The translations under genes were made by a program, and so were the position numbers. DNA of 64,000 nt from Candidatus Poseidoniaceae archaeon. GTDB taxonomy: Archaea > Thermoplasmatota > Poseidoniia > Poseidoniales > Poseidoniaceae. The notes beneath the pieces are model-generated. The model was not told where the DNA came from and made no database searches. It saw only the letters and a list, made by a program, of their open reading frames with translations. Location of the stretch: positions 10,495-74,494 of the forward strand of contig JASLKC010000057.1 of NCBI GenBank assembly GCA_030747785.1, read 5' to 3'. Positions 1-11,400 of this stretch are shown here, piece after piece (the first letter of the stretch is position 1; each line of letters begins with the position of its first letter).

Positions 1-1170
1 ATCCTAGTCTTAGGAAATATTAGTGGAGACCGAAGTGATGGCGACCCGAATAACGATGATCCGGCCGCAGTATTGCGGCAAATAGACCAGTTAGAGGCTA
101 ATCTCAATACTGTAGATCAAACAACTGCTGTTAGTATTGTTTTCCTAATGAAATCAGTCGGTGTTGGGGTCAATGCTAGTGGTACGCCACTATACTCCTT
201 AATCAATCAATCATGGGTTCCTGAACCGATTAGAGAAACGGCTTCAGTTTTACTTAATCAGCAATTAACACAAGATGCCACATTCTGGGATTTACTTGTA
301 GAACCTGAAAGATTTGGACTTCCAGGTACTGAAGAGAGTCAGATTTTCCTGCTGAATGTTTTCTATGCTAGCTTAACCGACGAAACTAGAGGTTTATTCG
401 CTTCAGAAGATATGTCTCGTTCCTTGGTATATGTTGACATGCCATTCGTTGCTGTGGCTCAAACCAAGGTAGCTGTTGGTGCGGTAAATGAATTCACTCA
501 TATGCCATATGATGGGAAAATAGATGCAAAGGAATTGACCGGCGTTGCAGCAGTAGCCATCGCAGTCAATGAGTTGATTGTCGGTTCACAATGGACTTCT
601 CTAGGATTTGCTATTGTACTTACACTAATCACTCTCGCCATCGTTTTCAAGGACATCAGATTCTCAATGTGGACGACTGCTCCAGTTATTGCCACGGTTG
701 CATTACAATGGTTAGTCATGTGGCAAATGGATGTAGCATTATCTTTAGTAACGGTAATGATAGGCTCAATTCTTGTCGGTGTCGGTGTCGATTTCTCTAT
801 CCACATAGCCAACCGTATCAAGGAATTAGGGGGAGGTATCGAAGCAATTCGCACCTCCACAGTTAGTACGGGAATGTCATTATTCGAGGCTGCAACCGTG
901 ACCACTTTAGGGCTGGCAACCGCATACAAAATTCCGATTCCTGAAATCCAGCCTTTCATCACTGTAATCATTATCCTATTGTGGATTGCTGCAGCAAGCG
1001 CATTGATATTGCTTCCAGCAATTTTCGTTACACTTGAGAAAATGGGTGTCGGCTCAGTTGGAGGCTCCTCTTCGATGGCAAGAAGACTTGGTCTTGGCGA
1101 ATTAAAGCATCGCGGCGATGTTGATATTGTAGAGGCTACACTGATTCCGGACCATGGCGAAGCATGGTGA
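1..1170 (+). CDS. MMPL/RND-superfamily membrane transporter, C-terminal part (5' end lies outside the window)
   Basis: The frame is open from base 1 with no stop before the TTG at 73, so the gene is cut by the window edge. It has several hydrophobic helices and the motif GSILVGVGVDFSIHIANRIKE, typical of MMPL/SSD-type RND transporters. Confidence 0.6.
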   Translation: MLVLGNISGDRSDGDPNNDDPAAVLRQIDQLEANLNTVDQTTAVSIVFLMKSVGVGVNASGTPLYSLINQSWVPEPIRETASVLLNQQLTQDATFWDLLVEPERFGLPGTEESQIFLLNVFYASLTDETRGLFASEDMSRSLVYVDMPFVAVAQTKVAVGAVNEFTHMPYDGKIDAKELTGVAAVAIAVNELIVGSQWTSLGFAIVLTLITLAIVFKDIRFSMWTTAPVIATVALQWLVMWQMDVALSLVTVMIGSILVGVGVDFSIHIANRIKELGGGIEAIRTSTVSTGMSLFEAATVTTLGLATAYKIPIPEIQPFITVIIILLWIAAASALILLPAIFVTLEKMGVGSVGGSSSMARRLGLGELKHRGDVDIVEATLIPDHGEAW

Positions 1171-1204
1171 AAGGTAGAAGGCTAACCTTCTCCCCCGCTC
1201 ATCT

Positions 1205-1669
1205 ATGGTCAGGCATTGGCTGATGAAGTCCGAGCCCGATGTCTACCCGTTTTCACAACTTGTAGAGGACGGAAGGACCCATTGGGATGGCGTGCGAAAT
1301 TATCAGGCGCGCAACACAATGCGTGATGACATGAAGGTTGGAGATTTGGTATTATTTTACCACTCAAACACCAAACCCCCTCATGTGGCAGGTTTGGCCC
1401 GTGTATGCCGTGAAGGATATCCCGATCACACTTCATGGGATGTATCTTCCAAGTATTTCGATGAAAAATCAAGCCCAGATAATCCACGTTGGATGATGGT
1501 TGACATTGAACCTATTCAGGGATTCGAAATGATTTCTCTTCCCGACCTAAAAGCCAATCCTGCCCTCGAAGGAATGCCATTATTGGCAAGAGGGCAGAGG
1601 TTATCTGTTCAGCCAGTTGATCAAGAGCACTTCCAAATTGTATGTGAAATGGGTGGAGGACTCAAATGA
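1205..1669 (+). CDS. EVE (PUA-like) domain protein
   Basis: WLMKSEPDVYPFSQL...HWDGVRNYQARNTMRDDMKVGDLVLFYHSN...NPRWMMVDIE...RLSVQPV is a near-textbook EVE/THYN1-like domain over the full length. Confidence 0.75.
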   Translation: MVRHWLMKSEPDVYPFSQLVEDGRTHWDGVRNYQARNTMRDDMKVGDLVLFYHSNTKPPHVAGLARVCREGYPDHTSWDVSSKYFDEKSSPDNPRWMMVDIEPIQGFEMISLPDLKANPALEGMPLLARGQRLSVQPVDQEHFQIVCEMGGGLK

Positions 1670-2877
1670 TTCCAGTTTCATCTAGAGCGGCCGGTATTGA
1701 ATATGCCATACGAGATGTTGTAGTTCCAGCAACCAAATTGGAAGCAGAGGGTCATGAGATTATCAAACTCAATATTGGCGACCCAATTGCATATCCTGGT
1801 TTGCCAACTCCAACTCACATGGTAGATGCTTACATGGAAAGTCTCGCATCGGGAAATAATGGTTATTCTCCTTCATATGGTCTCCCAATGCTACGAACAG
1901 CAATCGCAGAGGATGAGATTTCAAAGGGATGGAATTGCACATCCGATTCGATATATGTCTGCCATGGTGTCACCGAGGCTTTGCAGATTATTTTTGCTGC
2001 TACACTTGAGGAAGGAACCAAAGTTCTCGCACCAGGTCCACATTATCCTCCATATATGGCATATCCACAGATGTTTGGCGCATCGACAATTGAATATGCA
2101 CTGAAATCGGACGATGGTTGGGCAATTGATCTCGATGACATTGAGGCCAAGATGGATGACAGTGTACGTCTTCTTGTACTAATCAATCCAAATAACCCTA
2201 CAGGAAATGTTGCTGGAGCAGAAGAGATAGACAGATTGTTGGAAATCGCATCAAGGTGGCCAAATTGCATGATTATTGCAGATGAGATTTACGATGGATT
2301 AGATTTCAGTGGCAAACAGGTCTCTGTTGCAAGTAGAAGCAAAACGGTACCAGTTTTCACCTTAAATGGAGTCTCAAAGGTATACTATGCTCCAGGATGG
2401 CGGATAGGATACATGGCAATTCACGACCCGAGTGGCGTAATGGTGAATGTCCGAGATGGGATCGAGCGATTGTTGCGTTCCAGACTATGTGCATCAACCC
2501 CTGCTCAAATGGGGTATCTTGCCGGCCTCACAGGAGACCGTTCTTGGATGGATGGCCACACCTCAAAAGTAAAGGCGCGAAGAAAATTGTGCTTAGAGAG
2601 AATATCTACCATCGATGGTCTTGAGGTAGAGGAACCCGGGGGGGCATTCTACATGTTCGTTAGATTGACACATCCTAATTGGGCTGCTGATGATAAGGAA
2701 TTTGTACTCAAACTACTACATGAAGAGCATGTTCTAGTTGTTCATGGTAGTGGATTTTCTCAAGATAAAGGTAGAGGTCATTTCCGTTTGGTTTTCTTGG
2801 CTGATGAAGCTACTTTGCACGAAGCATTTGACCGTATTGAAGTATTTCTGAATCGACACTTGTTAGCGAAGGCATGA
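1666..2877 (+). CDS. PLP-dependent class I/II aminotransferase (alanine/aspartate aminotransferase type)
   Basis: Motifs NPNNPTGN, IADEIYD and GVSKVYYAPGWRIGY (PLP-lysine region), plus RLVF near the C-terminus. The start overlaps the EVE gene stop by 4 nt. Confidence 0.85.
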   Translation: MIPVSSRAAGIEYAIRDVVVPATKLEAEGHEIIKLNIGDPIAYPGLPTPTHMVDAYMESLASGNNGYSPSYGLPMLRTAIAEDEISKGWNCTSDSIYVCHGVTEALQIIFAATLEEGTKVLAPGPHYPPYMAYPQMFGASTIEYALKSDDGWAIDLDDIEAKMDDSVRLLVLINPNNPTGNVAGAEEIDRLLEIASRWPNCMIIADEIYDGLDFSGKQVSVASRSKTVPVFTLNGVSKVYYAPGWRIGYMAIHDPSGVMVNVRDGIERLLRSRLCASTPAQMGYLAGLTGDRSWMDGHTSKVKARRKLCLERISTIDGLEVEEPGGAFYMFVRLTHPNWAADDKEFVLKLLHEEHVLVVHGSGFSQDKGRGHFRLVFLADEATLHEAFDRIEVFLNRHLLAKA

Positions 2878-5800
2878 TGAAGGCCAAACTACTAGAGGCG
2901 GCTATGAGGCGAATGGTATTGGCATGCTTTGCATGCCTCATGCTAATTCCGTCAGTATCTGCTGCAACTACAATAGAAAACCCCGCATCTTTCGATATTG
3001 ACCATCTCATCCCATTGCTGATTGCAATTTTTTCAGCAATAATATTGTGGAAATGGATGATACCTTCCCAACTTTCTAGCCTGCAAGTAGGTTTCGAGAT
3101 TGACGATGGATTGTATGAGGTCCATCGCCTAACCAAAAACCGAAGAGGTGCAGTAAAACTCCTTTCACACGGAAATGTAGGAATTGGTGTAGCCCTTTAC
3201 ATGATGGCAATGACAGGTGTTCTACTCCTAATTTCTGAGTTGATATTCAAGCCTGAAGTTTTCTATTTACCGAACCTTATTCTCATGAGTATATTTGTTT
3301 TCATTCCTGTTGCAATTAGCCCATTAGTGGCGCTAAATGGTCAGTTTGCTACAAGAAATAGTCGCAAGAAGCTGGCGATGTTAAATTTCTTCCAAAGTAC
3401 TGGGATGGTTGCAGGATTAGTCACAGCATCAGTCACGACCTTATTCATCCTGCGAAAGAAGGTAGATGCCAGTCAAGAGCCGATAGTATATGCTATTGCG
3501 CTATTGGTATTCATGGCACCTACAATTCTTGCATATGGCCGAATTATGGGAGCATCTTGGAACATGCTGATGATATCAAAATTCCGAACTTGGTTGGGAC
3601 GTTCTAACCCAATCGACCCGGATAAAGTATCACCAATAGGACGTTTTTTCTCATTCATCTTGGTAGTTTTTCTATTCACCATGCCATTTACTGCGATAAA
3701 TGGAATTGTCACCGTTCTTCATGTAATGATAAACGATCCAGCAAATGCCGAAGAGGTTTTGAATTATGGTGGAATTATTGGGCATCAATTTTATCTCCAG
3801 ATCCAGAATAATCCATTACTTAGTGAGTGGGAAGCTCTCAAGTCATTGCCTGAGGTTTTGGCCGGTTATCTATCTGTAAATATCGCAATTGTCGGATTGG
3901 CTTTCATTTTCGAATTGATTCGAAATCTTTTCCTCGGAGGGCAAGCCTTTGGTGGACTTGGTGGAGTTCACCTATCTACGCCGAGAGAAATCCGTTCCGA
4001 GAATTTCGCCCAATCCAAAATTCTATACTTCGCTTTCGCTGGATTCAGTGGATATACTGCGCTATTGTTGATACTTGTTTGTTACAAGGAATTCGGCGAT
4101 GTGATGCCCTATACTGAAAATCTTGAGAATTTTGGATTTACTGAAAAATATCGCCTTTTAGTTACGTGGATTTTCATCGGAGTTGGCCAGGCGATATTTT
4201 TGCTCACTTGGGTATTATCAGTTGGACGTTTCAATCATCTACGTACTTTGAAATTCGATCTTAATCCCGATGAAAGGAGAGAAGGAGCCATCATGCGGGG
4301 TGGTGGAAATTGGATGTTCGACTTAATCGATGATGCCGCAGAGAAGGATGATATCGATTCACTACGCCGCTTCCAAATGCGTAGTTTCGATGAAGATGAG
4401 GCTATTGTCCGCTTGGCAAAGGCCCGAGCCAAGATGATTGAAATGGCATTACGTGGTTTATGGCCATCCGCAATAGACGAGGCGCGAAAGGTTCTGGCTC
4501 AAGCAGGTGGTGATGATGACGAAGCTCGAATGATAATGGCTGCAGGCCATGTTGCGAGCCGGCGACTCGATGCTGCAAGAGAAGCATTGCACAATCTGCA
4601 ACTACCCGAAGGATATGATGAGCCCGAATTGCTTGCATTCATTACTGAATGGTTCGACCCATGGTATGGACAAGTTACGGAGGATGACCTTTGGGATTGG
4701 GAGAATAACCCTTGTATTGATCACTTGATGAATCTGATGGATATGCTTGGCGACTGGTCGCCTTCTCCGCAAGAAGATAACCTTCACAAGGACAGACTTT
4801 CGAACGTTGCCCGACTCTCGTACATCGGTTTACTTCGGGCTCAAAATATGCATGAAGAAGCCATGGAAATGGCACTGAGGTTAGTTCGTAACGAACCTTT
4901 GATGGTCCGTCCACGAATTGCTGCGGCATTATGCTTGATTGACAAAGGTGATTGGCACAGTGCCGTAAATGTACTCGATGAATTGGAAGAATCAGATTCG
5001 CACGACCCACGCGTAAAGGCATTGGCCAATATTCTAGGTAGACCCAGGACCGATGAAAGTGCAAATGAATTAGAAATTGCACTCACAGAACCCCCTACAA
5101 AGAAATCACGACGTTGGATAGATGAGGCTCCAGCAAATCCAACAGCTGCTCTGATGACAAAAGGCGGAATAGATGAAGCATTGAATGCAAATATTCTGGT
5201 TGCAGCAGCAGGTGCTGTTAGGAGAAAAATGGCACCAAAGTATAGTTCTGGATTCCTTTCAGTTGTGATCAACTGGGGTTTACTTACACCCCTTTGGCTC
5301 TTTGTAGGAATTGCATTAACTACTGAATTAGGCACACTTGAAGGGATTACAATTGGCATTGGACTGGTGCTAACCCACCATGGATACCGTTTGCTCAGAA
5401 AACAGCAACGCCGCGTGATTAGACATCGGGATCAAAAAGCAATGATCGCATATGCAAGGCGTGTCAAAAGGCATCGTATTTCCATGAAAGTTTCTGAATT
5501 ACCAGTGGGTAATCATTTGCTCATTTCTGGAATGCTTCTTACCATAAACGGCAATGTCTACGACATCGGATTACCCGGTTGGCTTGTTCATCGCCTACAT
5601 GGTGATGGCGACCGCTCATTGAGAACTCGGCTCGAAAGACGTGCAAATGCGATGCGTCGGTCTAAGGATGCAAGAATACAGAAACTCACCCCTGGCTGGT
5701 GGCTCAAGAGGCCGAAGGAAGAAGGGACAAACGCCCCTGCAATGGAGAGACTTGTAGGCCCAGTTGCATATCGAGGAAGACCTCAGATGCTCCAAAGAAA

Positions 5801-5993
5801 GAGCGGTATAGGTGGTAGAAGAACAGGACGTGGCGGTAAAAGAAAGAGCGTCATGGACACAGATCTCTCACAGAAAGGAATTCCTCACAATACGATTGTT
5901 TCAGAACGCCGTAGACAAGGGACTACCTCGGGGGGAGCCCGTTTACCTTCGTCTCAAAGTAAGTCAACTAGTCGTAAGTTTAGCAAGAAGTAA
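2874..5993 (+). CDS. large polytopic membrane protein with a central TPR-like helical region and an Arg/Lys-rich tail (function unknown)
   Basis: 1039-aa uninterrupted ORF with an ATGATG overlap on the upstream stop. About 10 hydrophobic helices lie in the first 480 aa, followed by a helical repeat region (aa ~500-740), two more TM helices and a very basic tail. I recognise no catalytic motif. Confidence 0.55.
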   Translation: MMKAKLLEAAMRRMVLACFACLMLIPSVSAATTIENPASFDIDHLIPLLIAIFSAIILWKWMIPSQLSSLQVGFEIDDGLYEVHRLTKNRRGAVKLLSHGNVGIGVALYMMAMTGVLLLISELIFKPEVFYLPNLILMSIFVFIPVAISPLVALNGQFATRNSRKKLAMLNFFQSTGMVAGLVTASVTTLFILRKKVDASQEPIVYAIALLVFMAPTILAYGRIMGASWNMLMISKFRTWLGRSNPIDPDKVSPIGRFFSFILVVFLFTMPFTAINGIVTVLHVMINDPANAEEVLNYGGIIGHQFYLQIQNNPLLSEWEALKSLPEVLAGYLSVNIAIVGLAFIFELIRNLFLGGQAFGGLGGVHLSTPREIRSENFAQSKILYFAFAGFSGYTALLLILVCYKEFGDVMPYTENLENFGFTEKYRLLVTWIFIGVGQAIFLLTWVLSVGRFNHLRTLKFDLNPDERREGAIMRGGGNWMFDLIDDAAEKDDIDSLRRFQMRSFDEDEAIVRLAKARAKMIEMALRGLWPSAIDEARKVLAQAGGDDDEARMIMAAGHVASRRLDAAREALHNLQLPEGYDEPELLAFITEWFDPWYGQVTEDDLWDWENNPCIDHLMNLMDMLGDWSPSPQEDNLHKDRLSNVARLSYIGLLRAQNMHEEAMEMALRLVRNEPLMVRPRIAAALCLIDKGDWHSAVNVLDELEESDSHDPRVKALANILGRPRTDESANELEIALTEPPTKKSRRWIDEAPANPTAALMTKGGIDEALNANILVAAAGAVRRKMAPKYSSGFLSVVINWGLLTPLWLFVGIALTTELGTLEGITIGIGLVLTHHGYRLLRKQQRRVIRHRDQKAMIAYARRVKRHRISMKVSELPVGNHLLISGMLLTINGNVYDIGLPGWLVHRLHGDGDRSLRTRLERRANAMRRSKDARIQKLTPGWWLKRPKEEGTNAPAMERLVGPVAYRGRPQMLQRKSGIGGRRTGRGGKRKSVMDTDLSQKGIPHNTIVSERRRQGTTSGGARLPSSQSKSTSRKFSKK

Positions 5994-6027
5994 TTGTGTT
6001 CGTACCTTCCAAGGGTTCAAAGGCCGT

Positions 6028-7359
6028 ATGCGGCCCAGTCCGCACATGGTAGAATCCAGAGGTGACTGGAGTGCTAATCCGCAAAATAGAGGCTTTGCTG
6101 ATACTGTATTAGAAGCAGTAGCCAGTAGTGGACAACTTTACAGAGAAGGCCTTGGAATGATAGCCAGTGAGAATATTGTTTCACCGATGGTCCAGAAAAT
6201 TGTTTCTAGCGACCTACATGGAAGGTATGCAGAAGGTCTGCCAAACAAGCGTTACTACCAGGGATGTGGCGATTTTGATACTATTGAAGAGTTGGGCATC
6301 AATCTTGCAAAAGAGGTATTCAATACTCCATTTGCAAACATCCAATCCACAAGTGGAACCGTGTCTAATATCGCAGCACTGAAGGCTTTAGCAAAGCCGG
6401 GTGACAAAATTACTGCGGTTTCTACTGCCGATGGAGGGCATATTAGCCATGCTAGAATGGGGGCGGTTGGTCTTAGAGATCTAAATTTATCCACATATCC
6501 TTGGGATGAGGAAAGAATGGAGCCAGATGTCGATGCAGCAGCAGCTCTCATCCGTGAAGTAGAACCCACAATTGCACTATTTGGCCAATCTGTTTTCCTC
6601 TTCCCAACACCGCTCAAAGAGTTGGCAGATGCAGCTCATGAGGTTGGGGCTACCGTGATGTATGATGGTGCCCATGTTCTGGGATTGATCGCAGGTGGTT
6701 ATTTCCAAGACCCATTACGCGAAGGAGCAGATGTAATGACAGGCTCTTCGCACAAGACGTTCCCCGGCCCTCAAGGAGGATTCATTCTCTCTTCGAGTGA
6801 GGATGAGAAATTCCAGAGGCGACTCAATAATGCAGTATTCCCTGGAACTTGTTCTTCCTATCATCTTCACCATGTTGCTGGAAAAGTGGTCGCACTTGCC
6901 GAATTCAAAGAATATGGAGAAGAGTTGTCGAAGAATACCATTGAAAATGCAAAGGCTTTCGGCGCTGCTCTTGCAGCTGAAGGATTCGATGTGCTTGCCG
7001 AAGGAAGAGGATATACCGAATCACATCAGGTATTGACTCGTCATGGTGAACTTGATTCAGGTGCAGGCGCTAGAGCGGCTGATAAATTGGAGCAAGCCGG
7101 TATTATCACCAACATGAATATGCTACCGGGCGACACCAAAGCGATGACTCCTTCGGGTCTTCGACTTGGTGTTCAGGAATTGACACGAGTCGGAATGGGT
7201 CGTTCAGAAATGGAAGAAGTCGCTCGCTTTTATGCACGTGTTCTCATCTCGGGAGAGGATACCTCAAACGTGAAAGCAGAAGTTCGTGATTTCAAATCGG
7301 AATTCCAAACTATCCGCTATTGTTTCAATGAAGAAGGGGCCAACGGATATCCGTTCTGA
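6028..7359 (+). CDS. glyA: serine hydroxymethyltransferase
   Basis: Motifs GMIASENIVSP, RYYQGC, TGSSHKTFPGPQGG (PLP-Lys) and GLRLGVQELTR. The ORF-track start at 5812 overlaps the previous gene, so I prefer the first ATG after its stop (6028, alternatively 6046). Confidence 0.9.
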   Translation: MRPSPHMVESRGDWSANPQNRGFADTVLEAVASSGQLYREGLGMIASENIVSPMVQKIVSSDLHGRYAEGLPNKRYYQGCGDFDTIEELGINLAKEVFNTPFANIQSTSGTVSNIAALKALAKPGDKITAVSTADGGHISHARMGAVGLRDLNLSTYPWDEERMEPDVDAAAALIREVEPTIALFGQSVFLFPTPLKELADAAHEVGATVMYDGAHVLGLIAGGYFQDPLREGADVMTGSSHKTFPGPQGGFILSSSEDEKFQRRLNNAVFPGTCSSYHLHHVAGKVVALAEFKEYGEELSKNTIENAKAFGAALAAEGFDVLAEGRGYTESHQVLTRHGELDSGAGARAADKLEQAGIITNMNMLPGDTKAMTPSGLRLGVQELTRVGMGRSEMEEVARFYARVLISGEDTSNVKAEVRDFKSEFQTIRYCFNEEGANGYPF

Positions 7360-7368
7360 GGTTTATTT

Positions 7369-8388
7369 ATGCCACTTGTCGATTTACCTGAGGTGGAAAT
7401 CGACCAGCAATTAAAGGCTGCATTAGCAACATCTTTCTCAACAGAATCAGGACTCATTATCGATGGTGCAGGCCTTTCGTGGTCACTATGGAGGGCAGAT
7501 GGGTTAGAGGCTTGGTGGAATTTTTTCGAAGAGACCATCGATGCACCCATGGGGCGTAGACTTGCTAATGCTTCTTGTGACGAAGAGGAATGGTTACTTG
7601 GGGGAGGATATCTCGATACAGAGGGTTTGTTCAAGCGGCGCAAAGCGTTGCGGCTCCTCGATGATAGATGGTGGCTCCATGGCTGGGGCGCTCCTTCACT
7701 CAAGCCGTGTGGAATTGAAAAAGGTATTTTGACACCCATTGTTAGTGGGATTCTCCAAGCAGATCTTGAGCGCTTAGATGCATGCAGGTATCGCATGCGT
7801 TGGGAGCAACGAGGACCGGACGCTACTCGTCTCATACTCGATCCCTCAAATGCTCCACTTTCACCTGCTGGACCATCTCGAAACTCATCCACTTACCAAG
7901 CCACTTCACCATTCCAAATCGATGTCGAGGCTGGCTGGCGTATAGACGGACAGCAACATTGTTTGCTCCCTGCAGGAATGTTTGACCGCATAGAGGAATC
8001 ATGTTCGGGATTAGTTGCTGCTATCAGTGCCGATGAGCGTGCTGCATGGCCCGAACTTAGCGATGGCAATCTCTCTATGGCAATAGCCTCATTTCGCTTA
8101 TTTATCGCTGGAGAGGAATTATTCATGGCTATTGATTCAGATGGTTGGCTCGATTCGATTAATGCTGTATTTGGAAGCAAGGGATTGGGTACTCCACTCA
8201 AGGTAGAATCGATAGATTCTCACGGTGGGGTTAAACTCGAATATGCTTCAATTCCGTTGCCTGGAATTACTCTAGGAGTGCTAGCTGCGGCATGGACACG
8301 TTGCGAGGGCCGTCCTGTAAAGGTGAAATTTTCTCAAAACTCAGAATCAATTATTGTCGAATTGAGCAGTCGCCACAAACTCGCATAA
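7369..8388 (+). CDS. hypothetical cytoplasmic protein
   Basis: 339-aa ORF starting 10 nt after glyA, with normal amino-acid composition. The C-terminal segment (GGVKLEYASIPLPGITLGVLAAAWTRCEG) is faintly V4R-like. No firm family assignment. Confidence 0.45.
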   Translation: MPLVDLPEVEIDQQLKAALATSFSTESGLIIDGAGLSWSLWRADGLEAWWNFFEETIDAPMGRRLANASCDEEEWLLGGGYLDTEGLFKRRKALRLLDDRWWLHGWGAPSLKPCGIEKGILTPIVSGILQADLERLDACRYRMRWEQRGPDATRLILDPSNAPLSPAGPSRNSSTYQATSPFQIDVEAGWRIDGQQHCLLPAGMFDRIEESCSGLVAAISADERAAWPELSDGNLSMAIASFRLFIAGEELFMAIDSDGWLDSINAVFGSKGLGTPLKVESIDSHGGVKLEYASIPLPGITLGVLAAAWTRCEGRPVKVKFSQNSESIIVELSSRHKLA

Positions 8389-8499
8389 GGGGCAAATCCA
8401 CCCGTAGGGTGAAGTGAAAATAGTCCAATCATCCACCATGAAGGTTTATGACCAATACAGAAGTCGACGAGGTTGCACATATGTGTGGAGCGTATCAAT

Positions 8500-11400
8500 A
8501 TGACAATGTCTCACAACCAAATGGCCTATGTAGCCATAGTTTCCACACTAATTTTTGGATCGCTATTCGTAGGGGCTACCGGCTTCTTCCAAACTAGTGA
8601 TGGTGCAGGTGATTTTGACTCCGCAGCCGAGGAGGACCTCATTGGCGGCGGTACAAATGCCGACCTTGCAGCAGATAGCGATGGTGATGGCCTTCCCGAT
8701 TCACTCGAAGAGAGCCAATATGGTACGGACCCTCACGATGAAGATACGGATAAAGACGGTATGTCGGATGGCTGGGAAATTGAGCATGGCCTCAATCCTT
8801 TAGACAATGGTGAATCCGATGATGCTGAAAACGATCCTTCTGAAGCAAATTCCGAGGATGCTGAAATTCAAGAGGAAACCGATTCGTGGCCAGACCCGGA
8901 CGATGGACCTAATGGCGACCCTGACCGTGATGGTCTGATCAACTCGATCGAGCAAGAACTCGGAACCGACCCACGTCGCGCAGATACCGATAATGACGGA
9001 TTAAACGACAAGTGGGAGTCATCCTATACTCATGACATCGTAACCCCTACGGGCAACGTTACCATGTTCAATCCACTCTCAGGAAACTGGGGCTGTCTTT
9101 TACTAGATGATGCAATGGAAGAGGCACTATCGGATCGCTTTGATGGAGAGGATGGACGTCCGGACTGGGACTCAATGGCAAATGCACAAGGTCACCATTC
9201 CTGCGACATGGTTTTGGATTCAGATAACGATGGTCTTGCAAACCTCGAAGAGGAGCTGTACCATACCAACCCCACTCTAAGGGATTCTGATTTTGATTTG
9301 ATTGATGACATTGTTGAAATTTCCAACAGTACAGTCCAGTTGATGACTGCTACAGGTCAGAATTGCGGCCAAGACCTCCTAGACCCAATCACTCGCTCCG
9401 CTCCTTTCTATGAGTTAGCAGAAGAGCATGGACTTGCTTGGTTTGAAGAAGATATGGATGGCGATGGGCAACTAAATGGCCCATCTGATTGGGATACAGA
9501 TGGCGATGGAATGCCAGACGGTTTCGAATATTGTTTCTCAAATGTCCTCGAGCACCCATACACTGGGAGCTCTATTGCAGCACAGCAAATACTCAACCCA
9601 GCAAACTCATCTGATGGATATGGTGATTGGGACGAGGATGGAATGAACAATCTTGAAGAGTACCTAGTTGCAAATATCTTCGGCGATAATAAATTCACTT
9701 CCCCATGGCATGCAGATACCGATGAGGATGGAATGCCAGATGGTTGGGAAGCAACAAATGGGCTAGACCCACGTGATGGTTCCAATGGTGATGAAGACCC
9801 TGACCATGATGGATATGATGCTGATGGAAACGGACTTGTGATGTACAGTGAACTTGAGAATATTGCAACCGTGGCAGCAATCGACGTAGAACTCGATGAC
9901 TGGGTTAGCGCTAATCAAACAGTTGCACGTGCTCAGATAACTCTCTCAGGTGGTAATCGTCAAACCATACCACTAGTCGCACCAGTTGATGGCTTCGTCT
10001 ATGAGATTAGAGTTGTACCAGGACAAACTATCGAGAGTCGTCTCGATGTTTGGATGGAAATTGTAGAACTTGATGAGATGTTCACCAATTTGATGGAGTA
10101 CAATGCTCGTGACTCCGATGGCGATGGAATCATCGATGGCAGGTCCACTGATCCACTAAACTGGGATACCGATGGCGATGGCCTAAAGGATGGGATCGAA
10201 GTTATTGGTTGGGAAATTCTAGTTGTTAATCGAGGTGTACAAACTACCCATGTTACATCGGACCCAGGATTGTGGGATACCGATGAAGATGGACTTTCCG
10301 ATTTCAAAGAGTACAGCGAAATCTGTGACTTAGGTTCTAATGCATCAAATGCAGATACCGATGGTGATGGGCTTGGAGATCAAGCTGAAGCGCTGAATGG
10401 ATTCTCATGGTATGGTGAGGATTACTTTACCAGCCCTTGTATGTATGATACCGATAACGATGGTCTTGAAGATGGTGAAGAAGTAATTCTTGGCCAGGAT
10501 AACTTCCTAACACATGCAAATAACCCAGATACTGATGATGATGGCTTAATGGATGGACATGAGGTCCTATTTGTTCCAAGACCATATCAGAACCCGACAA
10601 ACCCACTAATCAATGATACAGATGGTGATGGAATGAAGGATGGATGGGAGATGCAGGTGGAATCAATCGAGGATAATGCTCGCTCCCACAGCCTTTGGGT
10701 CGTTAGCGAACCTTGGCTTCCACCAGGCTGTGATTCAATGATTCAATGTGGCCTTGAAGAAGGGGGATACATGTGGAAGAATTGGCTTGGCGGCTTTATT
10801 CTTGAGAAGAAATATGAGATTCATGAAATGAACCTTTCAAACTTTGCAATGCCGTCTAATGATCGTTGTAATGGTTGCCATGGACGCTGGGCATTAGACC
10901 CATCAGAGGGTTCTCTCAAGGATGACACATACGATGTTGATAACGATACATTGGCAAATAGTGCAGAAGCACCAGACCGTTGGAATACCAATCCTGTAGA
11001 CGACGATACCGATGGAGATTTACTTCCAGATGGCTGGGAAGTATCTCACAGTCTTCAAGCACTTGAACTTGGATTAGTAGACAATACCACTTCAGACGCA
11101 CATGGCGCACGTGGTGTAATGGACCCATCCCTGAAAGATTCAGATTTGGATGGTATTGATGATGGGCAAGAAGACCCCGACCACGATGGACTAAATCGCA
11201 GTGGTTTGATCGCTAAGTATTGTCCATCATATGACGACCCAACTTCCTCCAATTGTCACATTAGTCCGGATACCCCAGACGGTAAGAGATTCTATGACAA
11301 CCTCGAGAATTATACCAATTACGAGGAATTTATCAATGGAACCAATCCGATTACCAACGATACCGATGGTGATGATTGGGACGATGGACCTGAAGTATTC

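Noticed and set aside
5812-6027. A 72-codon N-terminal extension of the glyA ORF.
   Set aside because: It overlaps the basic tail of the upstream 1039-aa gene in another frame. SHMT homology begins only after the Met at 6028/6046.
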